DNA from: a virus
Taxonomy: Duplodnaviria > Caudoviricetes
Virus record (IMG/VR): IMGVR_UViG_3300032330_001398
Strand: one strand, 5' to 3'
DNA length: 64,000 nucleotides
A model generated the notes under the pieces. That model was not told where the DNA came from, searched no databases, and worked only from the letters and a program-made list of their open reading frames with translations. The translations under genes were made by a program, and so were the position numbers. Of this stretch, positions 59,568-64,000 are shown piece by piece (within the stretch, counting starts at the first letter, position 1; every line of letters begins with the position of its first letter).

Positions 59568-59917
59568 TTTTTCATTACTATGTTGAGGAATTCTTGCACA
59601 CTGGCCGGTTGAGGATTATGTTTGCTAAAAATTGCTTTAGCTCTTTTCTTAGCTTCACTCTTTTTGTATCCAACTGCAATAAGGGTATCAATACAATCTA
59701 AATAAAGTTGCTGCGACTCAAAAGAATTTGATTTATCTTGCATTACAACTACTTGAGTATTTTCTTCAATAGTGCCTAACTGGAATAAATCATAATTAGG
59801 TGGCTGTATTATTCCAGACATAATATCACCATATGCTACATAAGCATAAAATGCCCCCAAAATAATTGCTACTGTTGCAAAAATATTTACAATATCTTGA
59901 GATGGTTGAGGATTCAT
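59564..59917 (-). CDS. TM protein with RuvA C-terminal (domain III)-like domain
   Basis: Likely start MNPQPS downstream of the terminator; TM helix; DCIDTLIAVGYKKSEAKK..SVQEFLNIVMK. Confidence 0.55.
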   Translation of the reverse strand: MNPQPSQDIVNIFATVAIILGAFYAYVAYGDIMSGIIQPPNYDLFQLGTIEENTQVVVMQDKSNSFESQQLYLDCIDTLIAVGYKKSEAKKRAKAIFSKHNPQPASVQEFLNIVMKK

Positions 59918-59993
59918 ACCTATGTTCCTGTAAAGTTCTGCTGTTATAAAGATCATCATACCACATCTTTCGTCAAAGTCAATGCGTAAACTT

Positions 59994-60033
59994 GAAAAAA
60001 AATGACCCGACAGCATTCCTGCATATCGGGTCA
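59994..60033 (-). terminator. Intrinsic terminator after ssb
   Basis: TGACCCGATA..TGTCGGGTCA hairpin followed by a T tract on the - strand. Confidence 0.75.
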
Positions 60034-60063
60034 CTTTTCCACAAACCTATTTAGTTAGTGAGT

Positions 60064-60399
60064 TCACTCTTTAATTGTTTCTTGAAGTACAGGATTGGAC
60101 GGTCCAAGAGAAATTTCATCAGCCATTACGCAAACAGAATTTCTAGTATTACCTTCCTTATCCTGATAATCATCAATCTTTATCTTTCCTTGAACCCCAA
60201 CCAAACGACCCTTTGTGAGATGGTCTTTAAGAGCTTCTGCCATCTTACCAAAGCATAGAACGTTAAGGAATAATGTATCATCATTCCTACGATCATTAAC
60301 CGCCATTCTAAACTTTGCCATTGAAGTACCCTTCTGAGTGGTACTATGCTCCGCATCCTTTGTTAAACGACCACAACCTAGCCATGTGTTAATATTCAT
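60064..60399 (-). CDS. ssb: Single-stranded DNA-binding protein
   Basis: GRLTKDAE..FRMAVN..FGKMAE..LTKGRLVGVQG; GGAGG RBS before the ATG at 60399. Confidence 0.9.
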   Translation of the reverse strand: MNINTWLGCGRLTKDAEHSTTQKGTSMAKFRMAVNDRRNDDTLFLNVLCFGKMAEALKDHLTKGRLVGVQGKIKIDDYQDKEGNTRNSVCVMADEISLGPSNPVLQETIKE

Positions 60400-60403
60400 A
60401 CTT

Positions 60404-60721
60404 TCATACCTCCAATGCTGAACGAATTCTTCCACGAACCACTTGAGTATTACCATGATTATAAGTACCTAGAGTGGCACTATAAACATGTCTCGCAAAA
60501 TTTCTTGAAAGACCCAAAAGCCTTGCGGCAAACTCTGTGCTTTCTCTTGTGTTATTAAAAAAACCATAACCAGACTTATGGGCTAATGCTGTAATTGGAT
60601 TTAAAGTAAAGCCCTTGAAGGTGCCACTTTGAATAGTAGCAAGAACCTTATTATTATTAATATCCCAATGGTAAGCATCGGCCACATTTTCTAATCTCTC
60701 AAAAAACTGAGTATAATTCAT
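60404..60721 (-). CDS. Hypothetical protein
   Basis: 105 aa with AAGGAG RBS. Confidence 0.6.
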   Translation of the reverse strand: MNYTQFFERLENVADAYHWDINNNKVLATIQSGTFKGFTLNPITALAHKSGYGFFNNTRESTEFAARLLGLSRNFARHVYSATLGTYNHGNTQVVRGRIRSALEV

Positions 60722-60745
60722 ATCTTTCTCCTTATAATTACTAGA

Positions 60746-60922
60746 TCATTCTACAGGAACTTTAAAACTATCTTCCAATACTTTACTATGAACTTCATAG
60801 TATTGAATCAACTTATTAATTTCTTCTTCAACCACCTGTTGCTGACCCCTAAGTTCATTAATTTTTCTTTTAACGTTTTCTAAATGGGCAGCGGACATTT
60901 CTTGTAAAACTTGTAATGACAT
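60746..60922 (-). CDS. Small coiled-coil hypothetical protein (58 aa, not in the ORF track)
   Basis: AAGGAG RBS; MSLQVLQEMSAAHLENVKRK...VPVE*. Confidence 0.6.
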   Translation of the reverse strand: MSLQVLQEMSAAHLENVKRKINELRGQQQVVEEEINKLIQYYEVHSKVLEDSFKVPVE

Positions 60923-60937
60923 TTTATTCTCCTTTGT

Positions 60938-60949
60938 TCTATTATAGCG
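60938..60949 (-). promoter_or_regulatory. Putative promoter -10 element (CGCTATAATAGA)
   Basis: Intergenic TATAAT just upstream of an RBS; same flanks as the element at 29186. Confidence 0.5.
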
Positions 60950-60969
60950 GTTACTTGCTTGGTAGACAG

Positions 60970-61185
60970 TTAAAATTTTTGTTCGTAAGTTAGGTAGTCT
61001 AGAACATGTTTATGTGTCCAAGACGGTCTATAATTTCCATCTGTGCTTAATCTTGCTAAATCTTCATAATCTTTCTGTAATTTACAAAACAATTTAGAAA
61101 GAAATACTAGATTATTATTTTTAATACATTCTTGTATTAATTGTAGCATTTCATCTACATCTTTTTGGTTTTCTTCCATTACCAT
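60970..61185 (-). CDS. Hypothetical protein
   Basis: 71 aa ORF coupled to the deaminase gene. Confidence 0.5.
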   Translation of the reverse strand: MVMEENQKDVDEMLQLIQECIKNNNLVFLSKLFCKLQKDYEDLARLSTDGNYRPSWTHKHVLDYLTYEQKF

Positions 61186-61610
61186 TCCTCTAATTTTATT
61201 CCAGCTTCTTTAAATAATTCTCTTGATACTCTAAAGTCTAATTCCCAATGGTGCCTTGATGCTGTGTTCTGATAAGATACCACTCTTTTTATACCAGACT
61301 GTATTATCATGCCAGCACATTTTGTGCATGGCATAAATGGATAAGTGTATATTGTACAACCGTCTAATGGACGTTTAGCAAACATTAAAGCATTATTTTC
61401 AGCATGTATTATAATTGGATACTTTGTGTCTTTATGATTAAGTCTATCATCATCATTTATTCCTTTTGGGAATCCATTAAATCCAAGAGAAACAATAATA
61501 TTATTTTGATCAACTATAACTGCACCAACTTTTGTAGATGGATCTTTTGACCAAGATGATACAAACTTAGCTAACTCTAAAAATCTATTATCCCAACTTG
61601 TTGAATTCAT
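61179..61610 (-). CDS. dCMP deaminase
   Basis: SKDPSTKVGAVI, GFNG, HAENNA, PCTKC. Confidence 0.92.
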   Translation of the reverse strand: MNSTSWDNRFLELAKFVSSWSKDPSTKVGAVIVDQNNIIVSLGFNGFPKGINDDDRLNHKDTKYPIIIHAENNALMFAKRPLDGCTIYTYPFMPCTKCAGMIIQSGIKRVVSYQNTASRHHWELDFRVSRELFKEAGIKLEEW

Positions 61611-61746
61611 ACCACAATAATCCTAAATTTGCAAATGAATATCCGGCCCACATTAACGAATGAGAGTAATCTTTTTGTATAAAACATGATATTGAGTTTA
61701 TCATATACAATACTGTTGAAATTATGATACTAACTATAGCTGCCAT
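61588..61746 (-). CDS. Small membrane protein (52 aa, not in the ORF track)
   Basis: MAAIVSIIISTVLYM...WAGYSFANLGLLWY; fills the gap between flanking genes. Confidence 0.55.
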   Translation of the reverse strand: MAAIVSIIISTVLYMINSISCFIQKDYSHSLMWAGYSFANLGLLWYEFNKLG

Positions 61747-61751
61747 ATTTA

Positions 61752-62447
61752 TTAATTTTTACGAACAACCATTGTTCCTCTACCACCTTCTATTAAACTT
61801 TCAATAGTATAATTTCCAATTTCTTCAAATATTGCTTTTAAACATGCTCCATTTGGTGACCAATAATTACAAGAATCATTATTCAAAGAAGCTTTTGGAT
61901 GAAATTGCATTAGTGGAATAGGATTGTTAATATTACACATATGACTTTCTATCATTATTCTACCATTAGTGTTTAACAATGAATCTAGTATTTCTATTGA
62001 TTTATATGGATTTTTAAGATGATAAAACACTCCAGCATATATTATAGAGTCGAACATTCCAAGCATATCTGGTTTCATATCATCAATATCAATATCATAT
62101 TCTTTAACATTGGAATTTAATAATTTCTTAGCTATGTCGAATCCTCTTTTAGATTCTCTATTCCCACTGGTATCATCTTTATGAACATTCCACATAAAAT
62201 GATCTACTGCAACTACCTCTTTGGCTCCCATTTTTTCTGCGTGAAAAGCATAGTAACCATCCCAAGTTCCGACATCAAGAACTCTTTTGTCTGTAAAAAA
62301 ATCTGATGGAAACCAATTTTTTATTTCTTGATAATGACAGAATTGGCTTTTTCTACCATTTGATATAACATCATCTCCAAAATCTATGGAGTGCCACCAA
62401 GGTTTGTATGAATTAACTAAGTCTAGTTTTTCTTGTTTTGAGAACAT
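61752..62447 (-). CDS. Class I SAM-dependent methyltransferase (CmoB/DUF1698-like)
   Basis: WWHSIDF; VLDVGTWDGYYAF; GVFYHLKNP; NYWSPN. Confidence 0.85.
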   Translation of the reverse strand: MFSKQEKLDLVNSYKPWWHSIDFGDDVISNGRKSQFCHYQEIKNWFPSDFFTDKRVLDVGTWDGYYAFHAEKMGAKEVVAVDHFMWNVHKDDTSGNRESKRGFDIAKKLLNSNVKEYDIDIDDMKPDMLGMFDSIIYAGVFYHLKNPYKSIEILDSLLNTNGRIMIESHMCNINNPIPLMQFHPKASLNNDSCNYWSPNGACLKAIFEEIGNYTIESLIEGGRGTMVVRKN

Positions 62448-63583
62448 TAAATACTCCTATCGAAATGAGTTCTGTTTACACGAATAAATTCAGCACATTT
62501 AGGTAAATCTTTAAGAGAGTCTGCACCAACATAAGCACAAGCACTTCGTATACCGCCTAATATATCTAGCATTATATCAGACACATACCCCTTATATGGA
62601 ACGGATAATGTTCTTCCCTCGCTTGATCTATAATTCTTAATTCCACCATACTTCTCTTGAGCTTTGTGTGAACTCATTCCATAAAACGTTAATGATTTTT
62701 TCCTTCGCTCTGTATTATAGCCGGGATCAAATGGTTGCCACCATTCTGATTTTGTTGATCCATCATTATTAATGATCGCACTACGATACTCATACTCCCA
62801 TTCGCCTTCGCACTCGTCTGAACCGGCAAGCATTCCACCAAGCATCACAAAGTCCGCATTGGCCGCAAAAGCCTTTACAACGTCTGCTGGAGTCCTACAG
62901 CCACCATCTGCACAAATCAATCCCATACGCTTGTCTTCGCTCTTTAAACCGTGGGCCGCATGTCCACACTCTATTATAGCTGAAAGTTGTGGATATCCAA
63001 CACCAGTTTTTAATCTTGTTGTACAAGCTGAACCGGGACCAATTCCTATCTTAACAATATCAACTCCACCATGAAGAATTAGTTCTTGTACCATTTCTGG
63101 AGTACATACATTGCCAGCCATTATAATTGGATGAGTACCAAAAGTATCTCTAACTTTTCTACAAAAATCTACAAAATTATCTGTATAGCCATTAGCTACA
63201 TCAATACAAATATTTGGAATAACTCCTGTTTTATACCATACTTGATTTAATTTATCAATCTCGCTATTGTTAATTCCCATACTATGCCAACAATGATTAG
63301 TATCTAATGGCATTGGTTCTGGACGATCAAAATAGTCACTAGCCTTATAATGTTTATGTAAACATGTTATAGCTTTAAACTTTTGTAGAGCTTGAGCCAT
63401 AGAGAATGTGCCAATAGAATCCATATTAGCAGCAATTATTGGTATTCCACTCCAATGTTGATCTGAATGATAAAAAGAATATCGTTTATCAAGCAACACA
63501 CTGACCCTTGATGCCGCTTGCGATCTCTGTGGAACGAGTAAGACATCATCAAAATCTAATTTGGTTTCAGTACTAATTTTCAT
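62447..63583 (-). CDS. guaC: GMP reductase
   Basis: IAANMD, IDVANGY, GIGPGSACTTR, ADGG, FYGMSS, GGIRSACAYVGA; no CBS domains. Confidence 0.9.
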   Translation of the reverse strand: MKISTETKLDFDDVLLVPQRSQAASRVSVLLDKRYSFYHSDQHWSGIPIIAANMDSIGTFSMAQALQKFKAITCLHKHYKASDYFDRPEPMPLDTNHCWHSMGINNSEIDKLNQVWYKTGVIPNICIDVANGYTDNFVDFCRKVRDTFGTHPIIMAGNVCTPEMVQELILHGGVDIVKIGIGPGSACTTRLKTGVGYPQLSAIIECGHAAHGLKSEDKRMGLICADGGCRTPADVVKAFAANADFVMLGGMLAGSDECEGEWEYEYRSAIINNDGSTKSEWWQPFDPGYNTERRKKSLTFYGMSSHKAQEKYGGIKNYRSSEGRTLSVPYKGYVSDIMLDILGGIRSACAYVGADSLKDLPKCAEFIRVNRTHFDRSI

Positions 63584-63610
63584 TTACATAATCCTTTGAT
63601 TTTAAAATAG

Positions 63611-63692
63611 TCGTGGATGTAGGATTCGAACCTACGAAGCTAATAGCATTTGATTTACAGTCAAACTCCTTTGACCGCTCGGAAAATCCACG
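63611..63692 (-). tRNA. tRNA-Tyr(GTA), long variable arm, CCA not encoded
   Basis: CGTGGAT/ATCCACG acceptor stem; TTTGA-CTGTAAA-TCAAA anticodon arm; GTAGG-TTCGAAT-CCTAC T arm. Confidence 0.93.
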
Positions 63693-63702
63693 ATTAAGAG
63701 TA

Positions 63703-63729
63703 AACGGGGTGAGTTTCCCCATCCCCGTT
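63703..63729 (-). terminator. GC-rich stem-loop between rIIB and the tRNA
   Basis: AACGGGG...CCCCGTT inverted repeat. Confidence 0.5.
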
Positions 63730-63747
63730 ATACTCTCAAACATTCAA

Positions 63748-63999
63748 TCAAACACTCATCAACTTCTTACTAAGAACAGAATTGATCTTGTCAAGCTTCG
63801 CGGTAACTTCAACGATCCATTCGCGGTTACGCTTCTTAGTTGCCATATAAGCCTTGTCCTGCTCTGTCATATGAATGATCTTATCGAAAACGCTATCAAA
63901 CTTAGATACAACTTCGTAGCGACAAGTACGGAGCTTTTGAAACTTATGATCGGTAGGAACGCTAACAACGTCGCGGGGATTAACCTTGCAAATCATAAG
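63748..63999 (-). CDS. rIIB: rIIB-like protein, C-terminal part (5' partial)
   Basis: KVNPRDVVSVPTD..QKLRTCRYEVV is the characteristic rIIB C-terminal motif. Confidence 0.75.
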   Translation of the reverse strand, partial: LMICKVNPRDVVSVPTDHKFQKLRTCRYEVVSKFDSVFDKIIHMTEQDKAYMATKKRNREWIVEVTAKLDKINSVLSKKLMSV

Positions 64000-64000
64000 C

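Noticed and set aside
59918-60034. N-terminal extension of the 156 aa ORF 59564-60034
   Set aside because: It runs through the ssb terminator hairpin; the ATG at 59917 with an upstream AGGA is the more plausible start.
1-64000. Stop-codon reassignment
   Set aside because: Conserved genes are full length in code 11, and TAA, TAG and TGA all terminate genes at sensible positions.

Overview
A 64 kb, AT-rich, densely coding segment of a large lytic dsDNA tailed phage, read in the standard genetic code. A Planctomycetota/PVC-like aquatic host is a weak inference from sequence style only. Positions 1-13968 (+) hold large virion structural genes, ending at a bidirectional terminator. Positions 14092-64000 (-) hold: a ~8 kb glycosyltransferase cluster (at least 9 GTs in the window overall); a DnaE polymerase split into two genes with a DEDDh exonuclease and an EndoVII nuclease nested between them; primase, DnaB, RecA and two SSBs; nucleotide metabolism genes (NrdAB, dUTPase, dNMP kinase, dCMP deaminase, GuaC, NDT-like); PhoH, a sigma factor, tRNA-Tyr and a partial rIIB. 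The best candidates for new biology are two adjacent modules. One is a putative lysis cassette: TM-PAS sensor, holin-like protein and papain-like C1 protease, with no recognisable peptidoglycan hydrolase in the window. The other is a fibre/adhesin island with mucin-like poly-Thr stalks, a circularly permuted FGE/C-type-lectin domain and a trypsin-like protease, plausibly glycosylated by the phage GTs. Also notable: a bacterioferritin with its catalytic ligands lost, a membrane-anchored RuvA domain III-like protein, a tRNA-Tyr with a non-bacterial C1:G72 pair, and strong CCWGG avoidance. All calls come from motif recognition by eye; no searches were run.
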